From an uncultured Gemmatimonadales bacterium (GTDB lineage Bacteria > Gemmatimonadota > Gemmatimonadetes > Gemmatimonadales > Gemmatimonadaceae), in contig CAWBZV010000011.1 in the NCBI GenBank assembly GCA_963793305.1, forward strand, positions 1 to 64,000: a stretch of DNA of 64,000 bases, given 5' to 3'. Made by a program: the position numbers and the translations under genes. Position 1 is the first letter of the stretch; each line of letters opens with the position of its first letter. Below the pieces are notes generated by a model, which had not been told where the DNA came from, made no database searches, and saw only the letters and a list, made by a program, of their open reading frames with translations. Positions 1 to 10,960 of this stretch are shown in pieces.

Positions 1-49
1 GGGCTGGCCATGGCGCGAGTGTAGCCGAGAGCCGTGTTATCGTTATGCC

Positions 50-1067
50 GTGAATCCCATCGTCGATCTCCGCAGCGACACCGTGACCCGGCCGACGGCC
101 GGCGATGCGCGCGGCCATGGCGGCCGCCGACGTGGGCGACGATGTGTATGGCGACGATCCGACGGTCAATCGCCTCGAGGCACGCATGGCCGAGCGGTTC
201 GGATTCGAGCGGGCGCTGTTCTTCGCCTCCGGGACTCAAAGCAATCTGGCCGCTCTTGATGGCGCATTGTGGCCGGGGCGACGAGATACCTGGTCGGGCA
301 GGAAGCGCACACGTACAAATATGAGCAGGGCGGCGCGGCAGTTCTCGGCAGCATTCAGCCGCAGCCGCTGGAGAACGAGCCGCGACGGCAACGATCGCGC
401 TCGAACGCATCGCGCGCGCCATCAAGCCCGATGACTCGCATTTCGCCCGCACCCGGCTCCTGGCGCTGGAAAACACCATGGGCGGCCGGGTGCTGCCGGT
501 CGACTACCTGCGGGTGCGACCGAGTTCGCGCACGCGCGGCGGGCTCAGGACTCATTTGGATGGCGCCCGGCTGTTCAACGCGATCGTCAAGCTCGCGATC
601 GATGAGCCGGCGGCCGTGGCCGGATTCGATTCGGTGTCGGTGTGCCTGTCCAAGGGGCTGGGAGCGCCGGCAGGGTCGGTGCTGCTGGGTCTCGGACTTC
701 ATCGCCGCCGCGCGGCGCTGGCGCAAGGCGCTCGGCGGCGGCATGCGTCAGGCGGGCATCTTGGCGGCGGGCGGCTTGTACGCACTCGACCACCACGTAG
801 AGCGGTTGGCGGAGGATCACGCGGAATGCCGCCTACCTCGCGGAGGGACTGCGCGCCCTCGGGCTCGCGGTCGAGCCGCCGGAGACCAATCTCGTGTTCG
901 TGGAGATTCCGGAGCAGCGGTCGAGGCGCTGCGGCGCGCATCTGGCGAAGCGCGGCATTATCGCATCGATCGGGCCGCGCACCCGCCTCGCCACTCATCT
1001 CGATGCGCCGCGCGCCAAGATCGATGTCGCGCTGCGGGCGTTTCGAGAGTTGGTCCCGAGGCGTTAG
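50..1067 (+). CDS. ltaE: Low-specificity L-threonine aldolase (several apparent frameshifts)
   Basis: Motifs across frames: [49 protein letters not shown]. Confidence 0.9.
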
Positions 1068-1072
1068 GCGAC

Positions 1073-1697
1073 CTAGAGGGCCCCGGAGCCGGCGGCGCGC
1101 GCTCTCGAGATCCGCGCGCGTATCGACATCCAGCGCGGCGGACGGCAAGCTCGATCAGCGTCGACTCATCCCGGGGCAGGTCGTTCACCAGGTCATGCAG
1201 GCCGAGGTCGCCGCCGATGCGCCGCGCCCGCGGCATACAGCCGGCGCGGCAGGATGAGGGGCGTCCCGGCCGGGTCGCCCACGCGACGGGCGACCACGGC
1301 GACGGCGCGACGATCGCCAGCGCGCGCGATCGCCGCCCGATCTCGCGAGGATCGAGACCGGCCAAATCGACCGGCAGGAACAGGACGGCGGCGCTGTAGC
1401 GCGCCCGGAGCAATCCGCATTTCACGGATGCCGAGAGTCCCCGTGAGCGATGTCGGCTTTCGACGAAGTCCACGCGGTGGCCGCGCAAGCTCGGCTCGCG
1501 CCCGCGACTGCCCGCGGCGGCAAGACGACGATGATCGCTGCGCCCGCGGACAAGGGACTCAGCGCGCGCACGGTTCTGCGCGAGCAGCGTCACGCCCCGG
1601 ATCCGCGCCAGGGCCTTCGGCGCTGCCGAGACGCGTCGAAGGCCGGCGGAGAGCGACCACGATGCGGCAGCCCGGCGGCGGCGTTCGTTGGTATCAT
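1073..1697 (-). CDS. MocA/MobA-like nucleotidyltransferase family protein (frameshifted; ends approximate)
   Basis: Fragments resembling AGxSx[28 protein letters not shown] and DVDTRADL. Confidence 0.65.
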
Positions 1698-1703
1698 GAC
1701 GCT

Positions 1704-2277
1704 ATGACTATACCCGGCAATTTGCAGCGTCGGCCTTTCTGGCGCCGATCGGCCTGGTGGCGCTTGCGCCGGCGGCGGGTGTTCTGATTCTGATCGCCGC
1801 GGCGTGGTTCCTGGTCACCTCGACATCGACCACCGTCATCGTCGTGCGCCACGCGCCCCAGATTCTCGGTGTCAACGGCGACGATCCGCCGCTGAGCGCG
1901 GAGGGCGAGGCGCGCGCGGCGGCGCTGGCGCGAATGCTCGGCGATACTCGTCTGAAGAGCCGCGTCGCGGCCATTTACGTGTTCGGACAAGCTGCGCAGC
2001 CGCGCCACCGCCGCTGCCGCTCGCGCGAATGCTCGGGAATCACGCCCGAGGTCGTCTCCCAGGCCGATGCTCGCGCGCTTGCGCGCCGCGTGCTGCGCGA
2101 GCATTTCGGGGACGGACGTATTGATCGTCGCGCACGCCGATACGCTGCCCACGATCGTCTCCGACGCTGAGCGGAATAGCGACATACCGGCGGTCGAATC
2201 GTCGGATTACGCCACCCTCTACGTCGTCACGATGCCCCAGCATCGGGCGCTCCGTCGTCGTCCGCCTGAGGTACTAG
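1704..2277 (+). CDS. Histidine phosphatase superfamily protein, membrane-anchored (frameshifted)
   Basis: N-terminal hydrophobic helix, then VIVVRHA, DPPLSAEGEARA and VLIVAHADT. Confidence 0.75.
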
Positions 2278-2295
2278 GAGCCTGCCGACAGGATA

Positions 2296-2773
2296 CTAGC
2301 CCGATCCCGACAAGGGACCGGCGGTGCGCAGCACGATGGCCTTGCGCACGAAATCCATGTGCCGTCCAATCCGGAAATCGGCGAGCACGGCGTCGCGCAC
2401 GCGGCGGCCCCCGTTCACCAGATAGCTCGCGCGGCGTACCCCGATGCCCGAGCGGACCGTTGAGCCCGTACATCTTGATCACCGTCTTTTGCTGATCCGA
2501 CAGCAGGGTGAACGGCAATTGGTACTTTTGCCGAAACTTGGCGTGAGAGTCCGGCGATTGCGGACTGATGCCGACCACCCGCATGCCCGCTCGCTGAATC
2601 TCGGCGTGCAGGTCGCGAAGTTTGCAGGCCTGGCTGGTGCAACCCGGCGTGAAATCCGCGGGGTAGAAGTAGAGGATGATCGCGCCCGCGCTCAACAGTT
2701 CGGTCAGCGATCGGTCGGTTCCGGTATCGTCCGGAAGCGTGAATTCCGGCGCTCGTTCACCCGCTTTCAGCAT
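2296..2773 (-). CDS. bcp: Peroxiredoxin, BCP/PrxQ family (3' frameshift; end approximate)
   Basis: YFYPADFTPGCTSQAC active-site motif. Confidence 0.9.
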
Positions 2774-2874
2774 GTGCGTTTGTCCCCTTCGCCGCTATCG
2801 TAAGCTAAGTTTGCCCGATGTGGGGGACCCTTTGGCAAGTTCGGGCTTTGCTGCTAGTATGCTGGGCCCCTTTC

Positions 2875-2950
<76 letters not shown>

Positions 2951-2986
2951 CATCCTGGGCCGGCGGTCCGGCCCGGCCGGTTTTCT

Positions 2987-3059
2987 GCCTCGGTAGCTCA
3001 GTGGATAGAGCGAGTGCCTCCTAAGCGCTAGGTCGCAGGTTCGATTCCTGCCCGGGGCA
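2987..3059 (+). tRNA. tRNA-Arg(CCT), CCA not encoded
   Basis: Acceptor stem GCCTCGG/CCGGGGC, anticodon loop CT-CCT-AA, GGTTCGATTCC T-arm. Confidence 0.95.
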
Positions 3060-3117
3060 CTTTTTCAGTGTCCTTACCGACCGGTCCTTGCGCTACCCGC
3101 TCCACGGTGGTGATCAC

Positions 3118-3933
3118 TCAACCGATATTTGTATCCCTGCCTTGCTTTGCCAACTTGGCCTTGGCGAGAGCTTCTCGACGCCGGGTCCGGGTCTGGCGAG
3201 CTTCGCCGGCACGCTCTAGAAGCTGCGGCCATCTTTTCGCTTTGAAGTCTGGAATATCAATCTTATCCGCTGGGACGCTCTGCAGTGGGTCGAGGCCGTA
3301 CTGATCAAGGGTGTTGCCGAGAGAGCTATCGAGCGCAATGTCTGCAACTCGTTCGACCCACGTAAGCGCACCGTGGCTGCCATCAGCAGCAATCCTGTCC
3401 TCAAGGAATGCCGCGACAATTTTGATTGAAAGTCGTGCTTGCGCGACGCCAATAGCGTTTTGTTTTTCGGGCAAAAGCTGAAGATTTTTTAATCGACTAG
3501 CCATCACATGCACGGGGTGTAAGACGTTGATCCTCGTTGCCGGTGGTAGCGTAAGAGATACAGCGCGCTTGCGAATCTCGCGCGTGTCGAGGCCGATAAT
3601 GGCGCTTAGAAAATCGATTTGTTTTACGCCGTGGTTTTCAACAAGTTTCGTAAGCTTTGCTGTTTGGGAAGTGTGGTCCCCCACCTGTGGCTTCCACATC
3701 GTCCAATGAAGGTGCTTATTGAGGGCGCTAGCATCGGCTTTACTGCCAACGAAATCGGCATCGGTAGTGACCTTATCGCTCAGTTCAGCCGGGGTCTCTA
3801 TTTCGAACGACGTCGCCCATACGGCAAGGGCCTGACCGCCGACCAGCAATGGATTCGTCCCGCAATAAGCGAGAATCGTGTCTTTTTCTTCGTCTGTTAG
3901 CGCGACTTCGTGGAGGAGGGAATCGTCACTCAC
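3118..3933 (-). CDS. Putative nucleotidyltransferase-fold protein, 271 aa (candidate toxin)
   Basis: Intact ORF with LLVGGQAL...TTDADF and a later IDFL, resembling the pol-beta GG/DxD/D signature; start overlaps the upstream gene. Confidence 0.6.
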   Translation of the reverse strand: MSDDSLLHEVALTDEEKDTILAYCGTNPLLVGGQALAVWATSFEIETPAELSDKVTTDADFVGSKADASALNKHLHWTMWKPQVGDHTSQTAKLTKLVENHGVKQIDFLSAIIGLDTREIRKRAVSLTLPPATRINVLHPVHVMASRLKNLQLLPEKQNAIGVAQARLSIKIVAAFLEDRIAADGSHGALTWVERVADIALDSSLGNTLDQYGLDPLQSVPADKIDIPDFKAKRWPQLLERAGEARQTRTRRREALAKAKLAKQGRDTNIG

Positions 3934-4243
3934 TCACTGGCCACGCTACTTGCGCACCCCGCATTCTGTCAGGAGAAATGAGCAACATTTCCCCAGAGGA
4001 GATGTCTTCTTTGCGCGCGAGCTTTCTGTCGCGCTGCTGAGCAGCGTGCTTCATTTTCCAAAGCTGACTTGCGGAAGCGACGTGCCTACTTTTAACCGGA
4101 AATGGCAGGCCTCCACTGGCGACCACTTGGCCAAGAAACAGGCGCAACGCATCGCTCAATCCCAGGCCGCAGGAACTCAAGACCGCAGAAGCTTCCGCCT
4201 TTAGGTCCTCATCAATTCGGGCTCTGACAATGCTCTGCTTCAT
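3926..4243 (-). CDS. RelB/DinJ-family ribbon-helix-helix antitoxin-like protein
   Basis: VRARIDEDLKAEASAVLSSCGLGLSDALRLFLGQVVASGGLPF matches the RelB/DinJ N-terminal pattern. Confidence 0.85.
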   Translation of the reverse strand: MKQSIVRARIDEDLKAEASAVLSSCGLGLSDALRLFLGQVVASGGLPFPVKSRHVASASQLWKMKHAAQQRDRKLARKEDISSGEMLLISPDRMRGAQVAWPVSE

Positions 4244-4249
4244 GGGCAC

Positions 4250-4278
4250 ATTGTACTGTATTACGGATCTTATCGCAA
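4250..4278 (-). promoter_or_regulatory. Sigma70-type promoter of the RHH/NTase operon, probably leaderless
   Basis: TTGCGA-17 bp-TACAAT, ending 6 nt before the ATG at 4243. Confidence 0.65.
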
Positions 4279-4334
4279 TAGCCAAATAATCTCATAAGAT
4301 GCTGACTTATATAGTAATTCTAATGGTACATCCC

Positions 4335-4618
4335 CTATGAGGGCATTAGGCGGATTGCCTTAAGCGCGCTGGACGACCTTGGCGGGTATGCCGACGGCCG
4401 ATGCATACGCGGAACGTCGCTCAATACGACCGCGTTGGCGCCGATCTTCGCGTGATCACCAGACCAATGACGACCGGGCCGAGGAGCTTCGCGCCGGCGC
4501 CGATATCTGCGTGAGCGCCGATGCGTGGGGCGCCGCGCGAGTCGACAGTCCCGATGGTCACTTGCTGGAACAGCTTCTTGCGCTCGCGAGACCAGTCCGG
4601 CACCGTCTTCAATCGCAT
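4335..4618 (-). pseudogene. Serine acetyltransferase-like hexapeptide-repeat C-terminal fragment
   Basis: QQVTIG...APRIG..ADIGAGAKLLGPVVIG and AKIGANAVVLSDVP; no N-terminal part visible. Confidence 0.65.
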
Positions 4619-4817
4619 TCACTCCCTGTCAATGGGTTGCCCTCATTTGACATTGCGCCGCCGAACCTCAGGTCGCGGGTCCGATCGCCGCCCGAAAACA
4701 CCGCAGGACCTCGATTTGTAGGACCTTGGGCTACATTGGGTTACGGCATTCGCGGACTTCGGGCGCGTCAATCGCCGGCTACCCTGGCGCCACCGAATCA
4801 AAAAAGAAGGGCACAGT

Positions 4818-4997
4818 ATGCGAAATTCACGAACCACAACCGCGCGGCGCTTTGTGAGCGGCAGCTTCGTGCTCGCCTTGATCACTTTCGCTTCCGCCTG
4901 TGTAGTTGAGACTCGCGAGGGGTACTGGGACCACGATCACAACCGGTACTGGCATAACCATGCTTGGGTCGCTTGCGATGCCGAGCACTGCCGCTGA
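4818..4997 (+). CDS. Small His/Trp-rich putative lipoprotein, 59 aa (absent from the ORF track)
   Basis: My translation: MRNSRTTTARRFVSGSFVLALITFASA-CVVETREGYWDHDHNRYWHNHAWVACDAEHCR; AGAAGG RBS upstream; lipobox-like FASAC. Confidence 0.7.
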   Translation: MRNSRTTTARRFVSGSFVLALITFASACVVETREGYWDHDHNRYWHNHAWVACDAEHCR

Positions 4998-5040
4998 CCT
5001 GCAGCTTAACTATTGACTGTAAAAATTGAGGGAACCAACG

Positions 5041-5428
5041 ATGCGGCGTCAAGTGGTGGGTAGGACTCGTGACGATTGCTCTGGCGACGCCGGTTGGCGC
5101 GCGCAGACGTCCAAGCGACCCGGGTTCCCGATCTCTGGGACTCTGGACGCGTCGAGGGAATGCCCGCTTTAGCGCGCGTACCCGTGGTGCGCGAGCCGGC
5201 GACAATCCGTGCGGAGCGGTCGACACGTACATGCCGCGACGCTCTGAAGGCTCCGGCGCCGCCGGCAACCGGGGCAATGCCCCGTCTCGGGGTGTACCCA
5301 CCACCACGCCGCATTTGGCTGCGGCGGCGGCGCCGGAAATGAATGCGGGACTCGCGGCGGCGGGGCTGACCTTGCTCTTCGGATGCGTGGCCATTCTGCG
5401 CGGCCGCAGGATCCGTGCTGACGCTTGA
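5041..5428 (+). CDS. Exported protein with a VPEID/PEP-CTERM-like sorting tail (frameshifted)
   Basis: C-terminus APEMNAGLAAAGLTLLFGCVAILRGRR (motif, TM helix, basic tail); GAGG RBS before ATG 5041. Confidence 0.6.
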
Positions 5429-5536
5429 CGCGCCGTAGCGCGCAGCTTTTCCCCGTGCAATCGCTTCGCACTCGCGACCTATAATGCGCGGGCGCGGGGG
5501 TCTTGCCGTATCCTCCGTAGCAAGGAGGCTCGAAGG

Positions 5537-5991
5537 TGAGACAACTGCTCATGGGGTTCGGTGTGGCGCTCGCGTGCTTGGCCGCCTGCGGCGGGCTCGA
5601 GCTCATCTCTTGATCAACGAGTCACACAACGTCCGTCTCGAGCATGACTCCTCGAAGACATTGACCGTCCTTCAGGAGATGGTCTGGGACGACAAGTCCC
5701 ATCCCACTCGGGAGATACGCTTTCCCGCCGGAACGTATGGGCTGGAAGCCGAGGATCCCGACTACTGGTACATGCGCAGCCCCGCACCCCTCAACCTGCG
5801 TGAATTCAAGAAGGGCGTGCAGACCCAGAGCCAGAATATTCGGGGTGGGATCGCCCTCGGCAAGTACACCACGCGGTCGGTGCCGGCAGCCGGCTACATC
5901 TGACGGCCAGGAGTCCTCGCGCATTCTCATCTGGAAGCTCGGCAAGGAATTCTTGAGCCGCGAAGGCAAGGACTGGCGCAAATCCTTCTGA
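5537..5991 (+). CDS. Hypothetical lipoprotein (frameshifted)
   Basis: AGGAGG RBS, lipobox LAAC, protein-like coding continues across two frame switches. Confidence 0.55.
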
Positions 5992-6009
5992 GCCACGCTC
6001 AGGAAGTCC

Positions 6010-7346
6010 ATGACCGACGCGTCCAACCAGACCCTATCCAGTATTCCGCCGACCCTGCGGACTCCCGGAGCCACCGTATTCTGGATGGCCGTCCTGCTGA
6101 CTGGACTCGGCGCCGGCGTCGCCGCAGCGGTCCTCACCAATTTGCTGTTTGCGGTTCAACACCTGTGCTGGCCGGGACCGAGTTTGCTCGACGCCGCGCA
6201 GCGAGCGGACGTGATGCATCATGTGCTGGTTCTGCTGGGGGCGGGACTGGTCACCGGCGCCGGTCAGGTTGTTCTTGGCCGCCGTCCAGCGGCAACGGGA
6301 TCGAGACCACCCAGGCGATCTGGTTTTTCGCGGGACGACTGCCGACGCTGCGCACGCTTGGCAGCGCCTGCTGTCGGTGATCATCGTCGGCATGGGCGTT
6401 TCGCTCGGCCGCGAGGGCGCGCCGAAGCAGGCGGGAGCGGTGCTCGCCAATGTGCTGGCGGACCGACGCGGCCTGTCCGACGAGCAACGTCGGCTGCTGG
6501 TCGCCTGCGGGGCGGGTGCCGGCATGGCGGCGGCCTACGGCGTGCCGCTCGGCGGCGCATTGTTCGCGCTGGAGGTGATGCGGGGCATGCTGGCGCTGCG
6601 GCTGGTGTTGCCCGCCGTGCTCGCCTCGCTGATCGCCACGGCGGTCTCCGTGGATCGCTCTTGCCCGACGCGCCGACCTATGTGATCCCGTCCTACCCGC
6701 TTTCGGCTTCGATCATGGTCTGGGCGCTGGTCGCCGGGCCGATCGCCGGGCTGGTCTCGGTCGGTTTCGTGCGCATGATCGCCTGGGCCGACCGCAACAA
6801 ACCGCAGGGCTGGCTTCGGCTGGTCGCGCCCGCCTTCGCACTGGGGCTGCTCGGCGTCGTGTCGATCAGGTTCCCGCAGTTGCTTGGCAACGGCAAGGAC
6901 ATCGCCGACCTCGCGTTTACCGGAAACGTCGCGCCGATGCTTCTCCTGGCGCTCGTTGTTCCTCAGGCCGGCGGCGACCTTCCTTTGCTTCGCCAGCGGA
7001 GCGCCCGGCGGACTGTTCACGCCGACCCTGACGCTTGGCGCGCTGCTCGGCGGGCGTGCTGGGATAGTGCCTGGTCGTTGCTGTGGCCGGGCGCGCCGGC
7101 CGGCCTGTTCGCCTCGATCGGCGCAGGCGCGGTGCTGGCCGCGACCACGCACGGACCGTCTCGGCCGTGGTGCTGATGATGGAGCTGACCGGCCGCGATC
7201 GCTCGTTCATCGTGCCGCTGCTGCTCGCGGTCGCCGCCGCCACCTTGGTCGCGCGCACGATCGAGCCGCGTTCGATCTACGACGCGCGTTTCACCGACCG
7301 GGAAATGAAAACCTTGCAGAAGGAACGCGAACCCGCTTCGCAGTAG
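6010..7346 (+). CDS. ClC-family chloride channel/antiporter (frameshifted)
   Basis: SLGREGAP, GMAAAYGVPLGGALFALE, GGLFTPTL, MMELTG. Confidence 0.9.
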
Positions 7347-7355
7347 ACTGCCACG

Positions 7356-8016
7356 ATGCGCGTGCTCGTCGTCGAGGATGACCGGATGATCGCCAAAGGG
7401 CTGCACACCGCGCTCAAGCAGGACGGCTATGCCGTCGATGGCGTGAGCGATGGCCGCAGCGCGGCGGCGGCGCTGCGCTCGTCGCGTTTCGACGTCGTGC
7501 TGCTCGATCTCGGCCTGCCGGAACGAGACGGCCTCGAAGTACTGCGCGAGCTGCGTTCGCGCGGCGATGCGACGCCCGTGATCATCGTCACCGCGCGCGA
7601 CGATGTGCAAATCGCGTTCAGGGACTCGACGCCGGCGCGGACGATTACATCGTCAAGCCGTTCGATCTCGACGAAGTCGCGGCGCGTATGCGCTCGGTGC
7701 TGCGCCGGACGGCCGGACGCGGCGACCGGTGATCCGTCATCGTGGCATCACACTCGATCCGGTATCGCACGCGGTCGAGCGCGATGGCGAGCCTGTCGTC
7801 CTCTCGGCCCACGAGTTTGCGGTGCTCGAGGCTTTGCTGCAGCGACCCGGCACGGTTTTGTCGCGCGCGCAGCTCGAGGACCGGTTGTACGGGTGGTCGG
7901 AGGGTATCGAGAGCAACGCCGTCGAGGTGTACGTGCACGGCTTGCGGCGCAAGCTCGGCAACGATGCCATCCGCACCCTGCGGGGCGTGGGCTACTTCGT
8001 GCCGAAAGAGTCATGA
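7356..8016 (+). CDS. OmpR-family response regulator, QseB/PmrA-like (frameshifted)
   Basis: [49 protein letters not shown]. Confidence 0.92.
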
Positions 8017-9326
8017 TTTCCATTCGCGCTCGACTGTTGATGGCGTTGCTCGCCGTCGTGATCGTGACCTCGCTCCTCGCGGGGCTCCTCACCTATCGGC
8101 GCGTGCTCGCGGAGACCTCGACCTTGTTCGACTATCAGCTGCGGCAGATGGCCCTGTCGCTGCGCAGCCAGATCCCGATGGCGCCGCGTCTCGAGCTGCC
8201 CCCGGATCAGGCGGATTCGGATTTCGTAATCCAGATCTGGGATCTATACGGGGACACGGGTCTATTTGTCGCGTCCTGGACTGCCGCTCATCAATGCGAC
8301 CGCGTTGGGCTACGCAGACGTGCGCGTGGCCGGCGGGTCATGGCGCACCTACGGTCTGCAGACGCTGGACGGGGTGATCCAGATCGCGCAACCGCTGCGA
8401 GTTCGCGCGGCCTTTGCGCGCGGGCGCGGCGTTGCGCGTGGTGATACCGCTCCTTTTGCTTTTGCCGCTCCTCGGCGCGGCGATCGTGGCGTGGTCGGCA
8501 ACGGGCTGCGGCCCTTGCGCCGTGTCGCCACCGAAGTTCAGCAGCGTGACGTACACAGCTTGACGCCTCTGGCGACGGAGCGGCTCCCTCCCGAGGTTGC
8601 GCCCCTGATCGACGCGCTCAATCGATTGCTGCTGCGGTTGCATGCGGCCTTTCGGCGCAGCGAGCCTTCGTGGCCGACGCGGCGCACGAGTTGCGCTCGC
8701 CGTTGACCGCGGTGCGTCTGCAGCTGCAGCTCCTCGACCGCGCGCCCGATGAAGGCGGCGCGGCGCGAAGCGCGCGCGAATTTGGGCGCAGCCGTGGATC
8801 GCGCCATTCACCTGGTCGAGCAACTGCTCACGCTCGCGCGCAGCGAGCCGCGCGAGGAACCGCGCGAATGGTCGCGAATCCCGCTCGAGCAGGCGACCGC
8901 CGACGGTATCGCCGATGCGAACGCGCTCGCCGTGGCGCGGCGCATCGACCTCGGGCTCGAGGCCGTAGCCCGCGGCGGTGCAGGGAGATCGCGATGCGCT
9001 GCGCGTTCTGGTGCGCAACCTCGTCGACAATGCGGTGCGCTACAACCCGAGGGGGGACAGGTGCGGGTGAGTACCCATCAGCAGGCGCGACCGCCACGCG
9101 TTCTCGAGGTAGCGATACCGGTCCCGGCATTCCAGCCTCGGACCGCGAGCGGGCGTTCGATCGGTTCTATCGCCGCAGCGAGCTCCCGCAGGGTGGCAGC
9201 GGTCTGGGCCTTGCGATCGTCAAGGCGATCGCGGATCGCCACGGCGCGGGGGTTCGCTCGGGGAGTCCCCGCAGGCGGCCTCTAGGTCACGGTCCGGTTT
9301 CCGCGGCCCGCTTAAGATTCACTTAA
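8013..9326 (+). CDS. Sensor histidine kinase, QseC/PmrB-like (frameshifted)
   Basis: H-box ADAAHELRSPL, NLVDNAVRY, DTGPGIP, GSGLGLAIV. Confidence 0.9.
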
Positions 9327-9327
9327 G
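9311..9327 (+). promoter_or_regulatory. PmrA/QseB-type direct-repeat box upstream of degQ
   Basis: CTTAAG-N5-CTTAAG, 11-bp periodicity, about 60 nt before the degQ start. Confidence 0.6.
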
Positions 9328-9388
9328 CATCGGGTAGGAAGGATGCGCCGGTGTTCCGTGGTCCGTTATTCCCTCAGGAGGACAATCG

Positions 9389-10868
9389 ATGCAGACTCCC
9401 AAGGAACGTCCCGCGACCAGTCCGCGGGCGGACTGCTCGCGTCGGCGGCGTGGCCGGCTGGTTGCGCCGCCACTGATCAGGCAGCAATCGAGGGGCGGAA
9501 GCGGCCGACGCCAGCCGCCGGCCGCGATGGCGCGGCGGGACCGGTGCCACTCGGCCGGCGCCCAACTACCATGCCATCGTCGCGGAGAACCGCGCCGCGG
9601 TGGTCGGCGTTACGGTGAGGGCGAAGCTGCAGACTTCCGCGCGGGGCAACGCAGCCGTTCGACGGCTCACCCGTTCGGCGACGACGATAACAATCCTTTC
9701 TCGCAAGTTCTTCCGGTAGATCTGCCGGCACCGCAAGGGCAACCGCCCACTCACGCGTCTGGGCTCGGGCTTCATCGTGAGCTCGGACGGGATCATTCTG
9801 ACCAACGCACATGTGGTCGACGGCGCGCAAGACGGTCACCGTCAAGCTCACCGATCATCGCGAGTACAAGGCCAAGGTGCTCGGCACGGACACGCCAGCG
9901 ACATCGCGGTGCTGAAGATCGATGCGCACGGCCTGCCGACGGTGCGGCTCGGATTCCGATCAGCTGGGCGTGGGTGACTATGTGCTGGCGATCGGTGCGC
10001 CGTTCGGTCTCGAGGAAACCGCGACGGCCGGCATCGTCAGCGCGACGGGGCGCTCACTGCCGGGCGACGGCTACGTGCCGTTCATCCAGACCGATGCCGC
10101 GGTCAATCCCGGGCAATTCCGGCGGCCCGCTGTTCGATGCGACGCGGCGCCGTCGTCGGCATCAACTCGCAGATCTATAGCAACTCGGGTGGCTATCAGG
10201 GCGTCTCGTTCGCGATCCCGATCAATGTGGCGCGCAGGTGTCGAGCAGCAGATCCTCAAGACCGGCAAGGTCGAGCACGGCGCAGCTCGGCGTGAGGTGC
10301 AGACCGTCGATCAGTCGCTGCGCGTCGTCCTTCAAGCTGAGTGCACCCGAGGGCGCGCTCGTATCGAAGGTCGAGCCCGACAGTGCCGCGGCCCGCGCGG
10401 GCGTCAAGCCGGGAGACGTGATCCTCAAGTTCAACGGTCGCCATCGATGATTCCGGGCGCTGTCGGTGCGCGTGGCATGCTGCGCCCGGGGACGAAGGCG
10501 ACGCTCGACATCTGCGGATGGCAAGCCGTGATCAACGTCCCCCATTGGCTCGGCGAACGAGGATGCCTCACGCGAGGCGGACCACGGCGCGGCAGCGCCG
10601 AGATCACGCCGTCTCGGTCTGACGCTGCGCCCGCTGTCGCCGGATGAGCGCAGTCAGGCGGGCGTGTCGTCCGGCCTCGTGGTCGAGGAGTCGAGGGACC
10701 TGCGGCCGACGCGGGTATTCAGCAAGGTGATGTGGTGCTGTCGGTGGACGGCACGCCGGTCAACAGTGTGGATCAGCTGCGGAGCTCGTGCACGGTCACG
10801 AGGATCAGGTGGCGTTGCTGATTCAGCGCGGCGACACGCGGATCTTCGTGCCGGTGGGCTTGGGCTAA
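9389..10868 (+). CDS. degQ: Do/DegQ-family serine protease with PDZ domains (heavily frameshifted)
   Basis: [38 protein letters not shown]-like [12 protein letters not shown]. Confidence 0.88.
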
Positions 10869-10902
10869 GCCCTTTTTCGAGCCCCCGAAGTCTGCACCAC
10901 AT

Positions 10903-10943
10903 GTCGGCCTGCAGTCGTTAAGACTGCAGGCCGACTGTCTTTC
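10903..10943 (+). terminator. Perfect 14-bp hairpin after degQ (terminator or REP-like)
   Basis: GTCGGCCTGCAGTC-GTTAA-GACTGCAGGCCGAC followed by TGTCTTTC. Confidence 0.55.
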
Positions 10944-10960
10944 GGCTATAAGATGCGGAG

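Noticed and set aside
3060..4340. Integrative element or prophage at tRNA-Arg
   Set aside because: I found no integrase and no duplicated tRNA 3' end; only a small islet is supported.
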